Positions 7,916 through 17,531 of a DNA stretch of 64,000 nucleotides are shown piece after piece. Position numbers and translations under genes: made by a program. Source of the DNA: an uncultured delta proteobacterium (lineage in GTDB: Bacteria > Myxococcota_A > Polyangia > Polyangiales > Polyangiaceae); contig CAWJCS010000004.1 in NCBI GenBank assembly GCA_963841435.1, forward strand, positions 608,001 to 672,000, written 5' to 3'. Positions within the stretch are counted from its first letter, which is position 1. Every line of letters starts with the position of its first letter. The notes beneath the pieces were generated by a model that saw only the letters and a list, made by a program, of their open reading frames with translations, was not told where the DNA came from and did not search any database.

Positions 7916-10131
7916 AGGGCTCCGCCGCCAATCCGCGAGGGGTCGGGGCTCTCACGGCTTCGCTGGCGGGGTCGGGGCTCGGTACCGTCATCGCGAGCGT
8001 CGTCGATGCTGGGTACGCCGCTCAGGGTCGTCCGTCGCTTTCGCTCGTGCTCGCGGAGCTCGGGCTTCTGGCGCCGCTCGGCGTTTTCGTGGGCATTTTC
8101 GTGGGTCTCACGCGGTGGCTCTTGCTTCCGTCGGATTGGCCCCGCGTGGGCGCGCGCCTCGCGGCGCTCGCCGACCGACCAATCGCGGAACGGCGTTCGC
8201 TCGCGCTCGCCGTGGCGGTGGGGGCCGCGAGCGCGGTCATAGGTCTCGTCGTCGGGACGCGCGTGGGCCTCGCGGTCCTCGCAGGGGCGGCGTCGCCGCG
8301 GGCCTCCGGAGCGGCGCTCGGGCTCGCGACCTGTGGCCTCGCGCTCGTCTTTTCGGTGGTGACGCTCGGGGCGGGCAAGCTGGCCGAGCGTCTCGAGCGC
8401 TTCGACCCGCATCCCGTGCGTACGGGCTTGCTTTCGCTCGGCGCGCTCGTCGGCGTGGTCGCCGCGCTCGTCGTGGGTGGGACGACGAGCGGGGCAGGTG
8501 GCAAGCTCGCGGTGTTCGGGGTGTTCAAGCGCGAGGAGCTCGATTTGCGCGGCGTCGCGCTCGTGCTCGTCATGGCGCTGCTTTCGCTCGCCGCGCCCGC
8601 CGCCCGTCGCGGGGTCGGTCGGGCGCTCGTCGCTCTGCTCGGCCTCGCGCCGCTCGCCTTCTTGCCTCGTACGGCTACGACCGGCCTCGACCGCGACGGC
8701 GCGCTCGCCATCGAGCGCCACGCTCCGCTCGGCAAGCCCGCGCTCGCGCTGGCCCGGCGCGCCGCAGACCGCGACCACGACGGTGTTTCGGCGCTGTTCT
8801 TCGGCGGCGATTGCGTCGAGGGTGACCCTCGCATCAATCCCGCGGCCGACGACATTCCCGGCAACGGTATCGATGAAGACTGCTCGGGCTCGGACGCCAG
8901 TCCCGTATCGCGCAAGAAGCCCGCCCACGCGCCGCGGCCGGTCGAAGCGGGTGAGTTCATCAAGACACACGTCCCCGAGCGCCCCAACGTCATGCTCATC
9001 ACCATCGACGCGACGCGCGCCGAGCTCGGCTTCACGGGCTACACGCGGCCGATCTCCCCGCACCTCGATGCGCTCGCGAAGGAAAGCACGGTGTTCGAGA
9101 ACGCCTATTCGCTCGCGTCGTACACGAGTAAGAGCCTCGCCCCGATGCTGATTGGGCGCTACGGCTCGGAAACGCATCGTGGCTGGCTCCACTTCAATCG
9201 TTTCAGCCGCGCCGACGTCTTCCTACCCGAACGCTTGAAGCGCGCGGGGATCTACACGGTGAGCGTCCAGGGCCACTGGTACTTCTTCAAGAACTACGGG
9301 ATGGAGCGCGGCTACGACCTCATCGACACCAAGGCGACACCTGCCGACCAGCCCATCGAGGGTGATCGCTCGTCGAACGGTGACGAGCTCAGCGACCGCA
9401 TCATCGCGACGCTCGAGCGGCCCGAGCTCGAGGCGCGCCAGTTCTTCTTGTGGTCCCACTACATCGACCCGCACGCGGAATACGTGCCGCACGACGATTT
9501 CGACTTCGGTCACCACGGTCGGGAGCGCTACGACGGTGAGATCGCGTTCGTCGATCATCACCTTGGACGCGTGCTCGACGCGCTCGCGAAGCGTCCCTTC
9601 GCGAAACGCACCGTCATCATCGTGACGAGTGATCACGGCGAAGCCTTTGGGGAGCACGGCCTGTACCGCCACGGCTTCGAGCTCTGGGAGGAGCTCGTGC
9701 GAGTTCCGCTCGTGATTTTCGTGCCGGGCGCGGGGCCACGCCGCGTGTCCGTGCCGCGCAGCGCGATCGACATCGCGCCGACGGTGCTCGACCTGTTCGG
9801 CATCGAACCGCCCGCCGCCGACGCCAAGGACGCATTGCGGGGCGAGTCGTTGCTACCGGACGTGGTAGGTCCGCCCGGCGAGGTGCCGACGCCCCGGCCG
9901 ATCTACATCGATATGCCAGCGGGGCCCTACAACGACGAGCGGCAGGCTTACATCGAGGATGGGCTCAAGCTCATCACGAGCCTCGGGCGGCCGCTCGGGC
10001 TCTACGACCTTCGCACCGACCCGGGCGAGAAGCGCGATCTGTCGGACGACCGCGCGAAGCTTTCGCCGATGCTCGACAAGACCAAGGCTTTCCGGCGCGC
10101 GCTCGACGAGGTGGTCGAGCATCCCAACTGA
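7912..10131 (+). CDS. Multi-TM sulfatase/alkaline-phosphatase-superfamily hydrolase or transferase with MopE-like repeat
   Basis: GTGA overlap with xerC; hydrophobic N-terminal half; GGDC..GDPRINPAADDIPGNGIDEDC; PNVMLITIDATR, HYIDPHAEY, YDGEIAFVD, TSDHGEAFGEHG. Confidence 0.8.
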   Translation: MKGSAANPRGVGALTASLAGSGLGTVIASVVDAGYAAQGRPSLSLVLAELGLLAPLGVFVGIFVGLTRWLLLPSDWPRVGARLAALADRPIAERRSLALAVAVGAASAVIGLVVGTRVGLAVLAGAASPRASGAALGLATCGLALVFSVVTLGAGKLAERLERFDPHPVRTGLLSLGALVGVVAALVVGGTTSGAGGKLAVFGVFKREELDLRGVALVLVMALLSLAAPAARRGVGRALVALLGLAPLAFLPRTATTGLDRDGALAIERHAPLGKPALALARRAADRDHDGVSALFFGGDCVEGDPRINPAADDIPGNGIDEDCSGSDASPVSRKKPAHAPRPVEAGEFIKTHVPERPNVMLITIDATRAELGFTGYTRPISPHLDALAKESTVFENAYSLASYTSKSLAPMLIGRYGSETHRGWLHFNRFSRADVFLPERLKRAGIYTVSVQGHWYFFKNYGMERGYDLIDTKATPADQPIEGDRSSNGDELSDRIIATLERPELEARQFFLWSHYIDPHAEYVPHDDFDFGHHGRERYDGEIAFVDHHLGRVLDALAKRPFAKRTVIIVTSDHGEAFGEHGLYRHGFELWEELVRVPLVIFVPGAGPRRVSVPRSAIDIAPTVLDLFGIEPPAADAKDALRGESLLPDVVGPPGEVPTPRPIYIDMPAGPYNDERQAYIEDGLKLITSLGRPLGLYDLRTDPGEKRDLSDDRAKLSPMLDKTKAFRRALDEVVEHPN

Positions 10132-10135
10132 GGGC

Positions 10136-11122
10136 TCAGCCTCGCGGGCCGACGAGCGGCGCGAACGCGTCGGACTGGGCCAAGAGGCCCGGCAAGCCGC
10201 CCGTGTGGAGGTAGAGGGCGCGCGCGGGCTTCGGATCGAGCCGGCTCAAGCCGAACAGCGCCTTGCCCGTGTAGACCGGGTCGACGAGCAAGCCCGTCCG
10301 CCGCGCGACCTCGACCATGAAGGCGAGCTGCTCGTCACTCGCGAGCCCGTACGCGGGCCCCTTGAAAGCGTCGTGAAGCGTGGTCGTGGCGGTCGGGTCG
10401 AGCTCCGGATCGAGGTCGCACGCCTCGGCCACGATGCGAGCGACGACGCCCTCGAAGTAGGCGCGGTCGTCGCAAACGGCCATGGCGTGTGCCTCGCGCG
10501 CCACACCGTGACGGCGTATCCCGAGTGCGACCCCGGCCGCCGTGCCGCCCGACCCGCAGGCGTGCACGACCGCATCGAAGGTGCGTCCGCCCGCGAGCCC
10601 GGCGTCGAGCTGCGCGCGCACCTCGCCCATGGCGTCGACGTAGCCGAGCGCGCCGAGCCCGTTCGAGCCGCCCTCCGGAATGACGTAGCCGATACCCCCG
10701 GCGTCGTTCACGGCTGCGCGAGCTTCTTCGAGCAGCACGGCGCGAGCGCGATACTCGGCCGGCGTGATGAAGCGTACCGTCGCGCCGACCAGGTAGTCGA
10801 GCATCAGGTTGCCGACGACGGGCGGCGGCGCCGACGGCTCGGGCGTGCGCAGGAGCAGGACGCTCGAGAGGCCGAGCTCCGCCGCGACAATCGCCGTCGC
10901 GCGGGCGTGGTTCGACTGATGACCGCCGCACGTGACGAGCGTCGTGGCACCGCGCTCGAGGGCGTCCGCCGCGAGGTATTCGAGCTTGCGGATCTTGTTC
11001 CCGGCGGCCCCGCCCGCCGTGAGATCGTCGCGCTTGACCCACACCTCGGTCCCGACGAGCCGATCGAGGGCGTCGTGGTGGAAGAGCGGCGTCGGTAAGT
11101 ACGCGAGCGTCAGCTTGTTCAT
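10136..11122 (-). CDS. D-cysteine desulfhydrase / ACC deaminase family PLP enzyme
   Basis: LPTPL, VKRDD, GNKIRKLEYL, QSNHARATA, IPEGGSN, GSGGTAAG, DPVYTGKA, LHTGG. Confidence 0.9.
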   Translation of the reverse strand: MNKLTLAYLPTPLFHHDALDRLVGTEVWVKRDDLTAGGAAGNKIRKLEYLAADALERGATTLVTCGGHQSNHARATAIVAAELGLSSVLLLRTPEPSAPPPVVGNLMLDYLVGATVRFITPAEYRARAVLLEEARAAVNDAGGIGYVIPEGGSNGLGALGYVDAMGEVRAQLDAGLAGGRTFDAVVHACGSGGTAAGVALGIRRHGVAREAHAMAVCDDRAYFEGVVARIVAEACDLDPELDPTATTTLHDAFKGPAYGLASDEQLAFMVEVARRTGLLVDPVYTGKALFGLSRLDPKPARALYLHTGGLPGLLAQSDAFAPLVGPRG

Positions 11123-11619
11123 GGTGGTCCGAGCTCCAAGAGGGGCGCCTCGCGCTCCACCTTGTCGCCGGCGCGAACGAGGATGCGAGCGACGGCGCCG
11201 GCACGCGGTGCCGCTATTTCGTTTTCCATCTTCATGGCCTCGACCACGACGAGCCCCGCGCCCGCTTCGACGCGCTCGCCTTCGGCGACCAGCACCTTCA
11301 CGACGCGTCCGGGCATGGGAGCCGTCACCAAACCGGGATGTCCCGTCGCCGGGCCCCGCTCGCGCGCGCGCGCGCCCTCGGTCTGTACCTCGACCTCGCG
11401 TCCGCCTGCGAGCTCGTAGCGCCCCGGCGCGGTGCCCGGTGCGAGCTCGAGCACGCGGCGGCCGACGCGCACGACGAGCGTGGGGTGCGTCGCGAGCACC
11501 GTGACCTCGCGGCTCTCGCCTCCCTCGATCGCCACGGCGTAGCTCGTTGCGTCCCGTGCTCGAACCACGAACGTCAGCTTGCTGCCGTCAACTCGCACGC
11601 GGTGCCGCCGTCCCGTCAT
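11119..11619 (-). CDS. Biotin carboxyl carrier (biotin/lipoyl domain) protein
   Basis: APMPGRVVKVLV...VVEAMKMENEI with the AMKM biotinylation motif. Confidence 0.9.
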   Translation of the reverse strand: MTGRRHRVRVDGSKLTFVVRARDATSYAVAIEGGESREVTVLATHPTLVVRVGRRVLELAPGTAPGRYELAGGREVEVQTEGARARERGPATGHPGLVTAPMPGRVVKVLVAEGERVEAGAGLVVVEAMKMENEIAAPRAGAVARILVRAGDKVEREAPLLELGPP

Positions 11620-11697
11620 CTCGAAGCTTCGAGCTTAGTACCGCTTCGCCCGTTCTCCGCGGGCGCTGACGTTGTCGCAGAAAACGAGGGCTTGGCG

Positions 11698-12012
11698 CTA
11701 CTTGGCGGTGCCGCCGGCCGCGTCGGAGCAGATCACGGTCACGCGGTTCGGGGTGTACACGAAGAGGGTCAAGACCGAGACGACGCCCGTGAAAAAGTCG
11801 GGAGCTACGTGGATCTCGGCCCAGCCGCGGGGGCAGATGCGCTCGAGCTCGTAGGGTGGGCCGCCCTCGACGGTGCCGAGCAGCCAGGCGCTGTGCCAAT
11901 GCGCGTCGTAGCCCGACGCGATGTCGCCGGGCGGGCGGCCGCTGTACAGCCGGGTTTCGGCGCAGGAGGCGGCCGAGAGGCCGAACAGGGCGATCAGCGC
12001 GCTTCGACGCAC
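11698..12012 (-). CDS. Bor/Iss family lipoprotein
   Basis: GTG 12012: MRRSALIALFGLSAASC lipobox; WLLG...ERICPRG...VLTLFVYTPNRVTVIC matches the Bor pattern. Confidence 0.7.
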   Translation of the reverse strand: MRRSALIALFGLSAASCAETRLYSGRPPGDIASGYDAHWHSAWLLGTVEGGPPYELERICPRGWAEIHVAPDFFTGVVSVLTLFVYTPNRVTVICSDAAGGTAK

Positions 12013-12254
12013 GTGATGACGACCTCCCTCGGCGTGTACAAGCCAAGCGTGACGATGCCCGCCAGCACCGTGAGTGGCGTTGGCGACACGCTGATGCGGC
12101 GCGCCCAGCCGCTCGGGCACACGTCGCGCACGTCGAGCTCGCGGTCGCCGAGGGTGCCGAGCACGTAGCTTTGCATGAACGCGACGCGCCCTCTGGGCCG
12201 GTGGGCCCCGCAGGCGGTCGCGGTGCAGAGCGCGAGCCCCAGACCGAGGGTCAT
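11994..12254 (-). CDS. Bor/Iss family lipoprotein (paralog)
   Basis: LALCTATAC lipobox; YVLG...DVRDVCPSG...IVTLGLYTPREVVITC. Confidence 0.7.
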   Translation of the reverse strand: MTLGLGLALCTATACGAHRPRGRVAFMQSYVLGTLGDRELDVRDVCPSGWARRISVSPTPLTVLAGIVTLGLYTPREVVITCVEAR

Positions 12255-12289
12255 TCGGGTGGCACGGCTAAGGTCCGAGGTGACCTCCG

Positions 12290-12361
12290 TGGGCGCAGCA
12301 GGGATCGAACCTGCGACTTCGTCCGTGTGAAGGACGCACTCTACCGCTGAGTTATGCGCCC
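12290..12361 (-). tRNA. tRNA-Val (anticodon CAC), CCA not encoded
   Basis: Reverse complement GGGCGCATAACTCAGCGGTAGAGTGCGTCCTTCACACGGACGAAGTCGCAGGTTCGATCCCTGCTGCGCCCA folds as a cloverleaf; anticodon arm CGTCC-TTCACAC-GGACG. Confidence 0.95.
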
Positions 12362-12377
12362 GAAAAAACCGGGAGCC

Positions 12378-12406
12378 TCTCTAGCGCGCTCGGCTTCCGC
12401 CCGCAA
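12378..12406 (-). promoter_or_regulatory. Putative sigma70-type promoter of tRNA-Val (TTGCGG-N17-TAGAGA)
   Basis: Hexamers and 17-nt spacer read directly just upstream of the tRNA 5' end. Confidence 0.5.
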
Positions 12407-12427
12407 TAGTAGTAGACGACCCACCCG

Positions 12428-13264
12428 ATGACGAACCCCGCTGAGCCTCCGCCGGGCCAGGGCCCGGAGGCCCCGCCCGAGCCCGCTCGCGTCGAGCAGG
12501 AGCTCGTGAGCGCGCCGCCGGGAAACCTTGCCCTTGGGCCGACCACCGCGGAGGCCTTTTCCCCGCAAACCGACGTGGAGCTCGCCGTCGTCCGCGCGCG
12601 CCATCGCGACAAGATCCTCGGGCTTGCCATCGTCGCCGCGACGTTCCTTTTCGGTCTCGGCGTCTCGGTGTGGGCGAAGCACGCTTCGCGGCCGGAGACC
12701 AGCGAGCCGCCCGGGCCTCCCACGACCGTTGGCGTGATCGGCTTCCCGTATCGGGTGGACGTCGTGGCGACGCTTCCGGCGGCCCGCGGCGCGACGAAGC
12801 GGACGCTCCTCAGGGGCATCGTCCTCGACGGGGTGCGGAGCGACGGGACGCTCAATCTCACCGAGGGACCGGGCCGCGCCCGCTACGTCTTCCAGAGCCC
12901 ACCGGGGCGCGGCCCGCAGCCGGCCCAGGCCGGCCCGCCGAGCCTGCGTCACGTCTATTGCGGCCGTCAGGAGGTTCAGCTCCGGCACGAGGGGTTGGTG
13001 GCGGCCGCCGATCAGGCTGCAACGCCGTGCCCGCCAGAAGACCTGACGCCGCTGCCCGACCCGCAGTGCTCGCTCGCCGCAATCTGGCAGCACGCGATCA
13101 AGAAGGGAATTCGCGGCGACCGGCTCGCGCACGTCGAGTACTACCGGGCGAACGGTGGTCCTGCCTGGCGCTTCGACTTGCGAGAAGGGGGCAAGCGGTT
13201 CGTCCTGTACGGCGACTGTCGCCGCGAGCTTCGAGGCACCTCCGCGTCGGGCCACGTGCCGTGA
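12428..13264 (+). CDS. Hypothetical single-TM protein with Cys-containing exported domain
   Basis: 278-aa ORF, TM ILGLAIVAATFLFGLGVSVW; GTGA overlap with the LacI gene. Confidence 0.65.
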   Translation: MTNPAEPPPGQGPEAPPEPARVEQELVSAPPGNLALGPTTAEAFSPQTDVELAVVRARHRDKILGLAIVAATFLFGLGVSVWAKHASRPETSEPPGPPTTVGVIGFPYRVDVVATLPAARGATKRTLLRGIVLDGVRSDGTLNLTEGPGRARYVFQSPPGRGPQPAQAGPPSLRHVYCGRQEVQLRHEGLVAAADQAATPCPPEDLTPLPDPQCSLAAIWQHAIKKGIRGDRLAHVEYYRANGGPAWRFDLREGGKRFVLYGDCRRELRGTSASGHVP

Positions 13265-14307
13265 AGCGAGCGACGATCAAGGACGTTGCTCGCCGCGCTG
13301 GAGTCTCGACGGCCACCGTTTCGTTCGTGCTCAACGCCAACCCGAAGGAGGCGATCAGCGAAGGGGTCAGGCGCCGTGTGCTCGATGCAGCGCGTGGGCT
13401 GAGCTATCACCCGAGCGCCGCCGCGGCCGCGCTCGCCAGACGGCGCGTGCGCAACGTGGCGCTCGTCTTTTACAAGGACGTCGACACGATCACGAACCAG
13501 TTTTACTCGTTCGTCGTGCAGGGGGCGGTGAAGGAAGCGCTCGAGCGCGACTACGACCTGCTCTTTTCGTACGTCAACTCGACGTACGGCGGGTACGAAA
13601 GCCTGCCCAAGATCGTGCGCGAGAAGAATGCGGGCGGGGTGTTGTTCATGCGCCGCATCGAACCGCGGATGATCAAGGACATCCGCGCCCTGGGGATCCC
13701 CGTGGTCGCCGTCAACAACGCGCCGCGCCTCGACGGCATCGATTCGGTACAGATCGACAACCGGCGCGGCGGCGCGCTTGCCGCCGAGCACCTGGCTCAG
13801 CTGGGCCACGAGCGCGTCGCCATGCTCGTTCCGCGCAACCCGGCGCCGAGCGTGGAAGAGCGGCTCGAAGGCTTCCGGGTCGGTCTCGACAAGCACGACC
13901 TGCGCTTCACGAAGACGCAAAGCATCGTCACGGCGGAGGCGCTCAACTACGAGGCGGGCTATCTTGCGGCGCTCTCGACGCTCCGCAAGACGACGCTGAC
14001 GGGGCTCTTCTGCTCGAACGACGAGATGGCGGCCGGCGTGCTGCGCGCGGCGCACGAGCTGGGGCGCCGCGTGCCGCACGATCTCAGCGTCGTCGGCTTC
14101 GACGACATCACGATGGCAAACTACACCGATCCGCCGCTGACGACGGTGGGCGTCGTGAAGGAGCACATGGGGCGCCGCGCCATGGCGCGCCTCATCGAGC
14201 TCGTCGAGCACACGGACACGAAAGTGAAGACCGAGCTTGCGCCCGTCGAGCTCGTCATCCGTGCCTCGACGGGCGTCCTGCGCGAGCGCAGCAGCCGGCG
14301 CGGCTGA
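13261..14307 (+). CDS. LacI family transcriptional regulator
   Basis: GTG 13261: KRATIKDVARRAGVSTATVSFVLN; CSNDEMAAG, VPHDLSVVGFDDI, PPLTTV. Confidence 0.95.
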   Translation: MKRATIKDVARRAGVSTATVSFVLNANPKEAISEGVRRRVLDAARGLSYHPSAAAAALARRRVRNVALVFYKDVDTITNQFYSFVVQGAVKEALERDYDLLFSYVNSTYGGYESLPKIVREKNAGGVLFMRRIEPRMIKDIRALGIPVVAVNNAPRLDGIDSVQIDNRRGGALAAEHLAQLGHERVAMLVPRNPAPSVEERLEGFRVGLDKHDLRFTKTQSIVTAEALNYEAGYLAALSTLRKTTLTGLFCSNDEMAAGVLRAAHELGRRVPHDLSVVGFDDITMANYTDPPLTTVGVVKEHMGRRAMARLIELVEHTDTKVKTELAPVELVIRASTGVLRERSSRRG

Positions 14308-14382
14308 GCAGGCCGGTCCGCGGGCTCGAGGAGCGGTGGTACCGCCGCCGGTTCGGGTTACGGCGGCCGAGAGGAGCGCGTC

Positions 14383-15331
14383 CTAGGTCCGGGTCTGCCC
14401 AGCGAGGCAGGCCCGGACCAGCGCGTTGAACCGTACCCGTCGCGACGCATTGCACCGTGTCGGCGCCGCCGTAGTAGACCTTCACCTCGCCGTCGCTCTC
14501 GACGACGGCACCGGAGGTGAAGACGACGCTCGGGGTCTGCCCCACGAGCTCGTAGGGCTCTTCGGGCTCGAGGATCGCCTCGCGCGCGAGGCCGAGCAGG
14601 CGCGAGGGATCGCGCAAATCCAGAAGGCAGACGCCGAGCTGATACACGTAGTGCTGCGCGCACTGCGTGCGCACGCCGTGGAAGATCGTGAGCCAGCCTT
14701 CCTTGGTGCGAATCGGCATGGCGCCGGGGCCAATCTTCGTCCAGGCCCAGCGCACCTGTGCGTTGCGCAGCACGCAGCGCGACTTGCCCCAGAAGATCAG
14801 ATCCGGCGAATACGAGATCCACATGTCGCCGAAGTTGCCGCCGGTGTTGGGGCGCTCGAGGCGCGCGTAGAGCCCCCCGATCTTCTCGGGGAACAGGACC
14901 CCGTTGCGGTTGTCCGGCGCCGACACGTGGCCGAGCCAGTCGAAGTGATCGAAATCGCGGGTGCGAAGCAGGCTCAGGCGGCAGCCGTGACCGCTGTGCG
15001 CGGCGTGCATCAAGTAAAACTGGCCGTCCAGCTCCGTGATGCGCGGGTCGTAGTACATGCCCGCCGTGTACTCCGCGAAGTCCGGGTCGCCGTGGGGCAG
15101 CTCCGCGGGTGCGGGCCGCGGCGTGAAGCGATAGCCGTCGTCGCTATCGGCGACCCAGATGCGGTTGACGAGCGCGGCGTCCTCGACACGGCACGCCATC
15201 ACGTAGGCTGCGCCGTGCTTGATGATCCCGGAGTTGAAGACGCGCTTGATGCCGGAACCGGCCGGAAAATCACGCCCGGTGAGGATGGGATTTTTCGGAT
15301 AGCGGCGGAGCAACGGCGAGGAGGCGGTCAC
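14383..15331 (-). CDS. Glycoside hydrolase family 130 (beta-mannoside phosphorylase-like); apparent 1-nt frameshift near 14429
   Basis: RRYPKNPIL, VFNSG, YYDPRIT, DNRNGVLFPEKIGG, SPDLIFWG, KIGPG, YYGGADT. Removing one A at 14429-14430 gives ...ATGTVNALVRACLAGQTRT* (stop 14383-14385) instead of read-through into lacI. Confidence 0.85.
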
Positions 15332-15383
15332 GCGAGGGTCTCGCCGTGTAACAGGCGAGTCCGGCTCCGTCAAACCTCGCGGG

Positions 15384-16139
15384 CTACAGAATGTCGGCGA
15401 GGTGCCACCCGCACATGGCGTTGACGACGGCGCCGCCGGGGCAAGTGGCGGGCGCCACGATGAAAGCGCCGGATATTTCGCCGTCGCGTTCGCAGGTGCA
15501 CGTGGAGCTCGCCTGGGTTCCTTCGCAATCGATGGAGTAGCTCGAGCCGTCGGTGCAATCCTCGAGGCTCTGCTGACACACGAACGAAGTCTCGTTGTCC
15601 GTGCCCGGGCGCCCCGCCGTGCCGCCGCCGGCGCCGGCGCGGCACACGACGACGCCACCCGTGGGGGCCGGATCCGTCGGGTCAACCTTGGGGCCGTCCC
15701 CACCGATGCAGGCCGGGGGCAGCACGTCCGGATTGGCGCAATATTGCGTCTCGTCGGCGCTCTCGCACGACGTGATGCCGTCGAAGCAGAGCATCAAAGT
15801 GTTTGCCGCCTCTTCACAAGTGCTGCCGCGCGCCGCGATGTCGTTCATCGTCGCTAGGCATTGTGCCTGGCATTCGTCGTTCGTCGTCGGCGTGCAGGAG
15901 CAGCTCGATGGCGTCGGCCCCGACCCGCCGGAGCCCGCGCCCGTGCCGGCGCTTCCGGATGTCTCGACGCAGTTGCACGTCTCGCTCAGACAGCCGCTCA
16001 GGCGTTCGCAGGTGGACGCGCAAAACGAATCGATGCGTTCGGACAGCGTCTCCGTGCCCCGCTGCTCGGCGACGGGACTATCGACCACGCAGGCTGGGAC
16101 CAGCAGGGCGACGATGAACGCAAGCTGTGCTCTCGGCAT
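15384..16139 (-). CDS. Cys-rich lipoprotein
   Basis: MPRAQLAFIVALLVPAC lipobox; many paired Cys; C-terminal CTDGSSYSIDC...CTC...CGW. Confidence 0.65.
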   Translation of the reverse strand: MPRAQLAFIVALLVPACVVDSPVAEQRGTETLSERIDSFCASTCERLSGCLSETCNCVETSGSAGTGAGSGGSGPTPSSCSCTPTTNDECQAQCLATMNDIAARGSTCEEAANTLMLCFDGITSCESADETQYCANPDVLPPACIGGDGPKVDPTDPAPTGGVVVCRAGAGGGTAGRPGTDNETSFVCQQSLEDCTDGSSYSIDCEGTQASSTCTCERDGEISGAFIVAPATCPGGAVVNAMCGWHLADIL

Positions 16140-16221
16140 GATCCATATCCTCCCACCTTGCTCGGCTCCGTCCGAGTCCGGTTTCGCCATGTAGGTGCCG
16201 GCAGTCGGCTCCATCCTTCGA

Positions 16222-16932
16222 TCATTGTGCGGGCAGCGCCGCGAGCAGGCGCCGCAAGCGCTCGGCGTACAGATCGTCCGGCCTTTCCGCGAGGCACCGC
16301 TCGGCGAGACGTCGCGCTTCGTTGCGCCTGCCGAGGCGGGTGAGCGCCTCGACCTGGATGAGCTCGCGCTCGCGCGTCAGTGCGCCGCCGGGGAAACGCC
16401 GGGCGTGATCGCGCGACAGCGCGAGCGCCGCTTCGGGGCGCGCGTCGAGCGCTCGACGTGCTCGCTCGAGCAGCCGCGTTTCGTCGAGCAAGCCTTCGCT
16501 CGCCGACGGCAAAGGGGGCGCGCGCATCGGCTCCGTGACCCCGCCCGAAGGCTCGGGCTCCGCGGACGGTGCGGCGACGGCCTCGGCCCGGGCCGTGTGG
16601 CTCGGAGCGGGTCGCACGCCGGGCCCCGTGCGGAGCGCTCGTGCGGGCGCCGGCGCCACCTCCGGCACGGTGCGAGGGCGATCGAGCTGATGCTCGACCA
16701 CCGCGACGGCGGACGCCGTGGCCACACCCGCCGCGACGCCAATCGCCGCGGCGGTCTTCACCGTGAACCACGCGGCCGCCGTCACCGGTAGCATCGACAG
16801 GCGCGTGACACGGGCGCCGACGCGGGCGCGAAGCTCGGGGTCGAGCGCTCGCACGCGCCGTGCGTCCTCGAGGACGCCGACCAGCTCCGGCGGCGCTGCC
16901 GGGTCGTCTCGCCAGCGACGGGGCTCGTTCAT
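16222..16932 (-). CDS. Putative anti-sigma factor (TM, Pro/Ala linker, C-terminal TPR-like domain)
   Basis: Overlaps the ECF stop; TM near AAAIGVAAGVATASAVAV; LLDETRLLERARRAL...HARRFPGGALTRERELIQVEAL. Confidence 0.65.
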   Translation of the reverse strand: MNEPRRWRDDPAAPPELVGVLEDARRVRALDPELRARVGARVTRLSMLPVTAAAWFTVKTAAAIGVAAGVATASAVAVVEHQLDRPRTVPEVAPAPARALRTGPGVRPAPSHTARAEAVAAPSAEPEPSGGVTEPMRAPPLPSASEGLLDETRLLERARRALDARPEAALALSRDHARRFPGGALTRERELIQVEALTRLGRRNEARRLAERCLAERPDDLYAERLRRLLAALPAQ

Positions 16933-17516
16933 GTTTCACCTCCGGGCACGCGAAGACCCGTCTTCGCGAGCGAGCGCGCCACGCGGGCGCGCGCCTGATG
17001 CAGGCGCGAATACACCGTGCCGATGGGAGCACCCACGAGGTCGGCAATCTGTTGGCAGCTCTGCCCCTCGAGCTCGAAAAGCACGAACACCGCGCGCTGC
17101 TCGAGGGAAAGCCGAGCGAGAGCACGCGCGAGACGACGGCGGTCGTCGTGCAGCACGGCCGTGCCCTCGGGCGTCTTGGTATCGGCCTGCTCCGGCGGCT
17201 CGGCGGTCGCGCGCTCCCGGCGAAAGTACGCCTTCCTCCGGTGGCGGGCGGTGACGCGCAGGCAGATACCGAACAGCCAGGTGGTGACCTTGCTCTTGCC
17301 GTCGAAGCCCGAGAGCTTGCGGTGAACGACGACGAAGACCTCCTGCAGCAGGTCTTCGAGATCGGCTTCCGTCACGCCGAGGTGCTGGAGCGAGCGCCAC
17401 ACGAAGGCCGCGTGCTCCCGGTATAGAGCGTCCACGCTCCTCGCGGCCATGATACCGAGGGCGCCGTCGTTCGCATCGGCCGCGAGCAAGAGCTCCACTT
17501 CGCAGTCAGTGCCCAC
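16929..17516 (-). CDS. ECF RNA polymerase sigma factor
   Basis: LYREHAAFVWRSL, EDLLQEVF, TWLFGI, LSLEQRAVFVLFELEG, IADLVGAPIGTVYSRLHQAR. Start may instead be ATG 17451. Confidence 0.92.
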   Translation of the reverse strand: MGTDCEVELLLAADANDGALGIMAARSVDALYREHAAFVWRSLQHLGVTEADLEDLLQEVFVVVHRKLSGFDGKSKVTTWLFGICLRVTARHRRKAYFRRERATAEPPEQADTKTPEGTAVLHDDRRRLARALARLSLEQRAVFVLFELEGQSCQQIADLVGAPIGTVYSRLHQARARVARSLAKTGLRVPGGET

Positions 17517-17531
17517 GCGCGCCTTCCGCCT

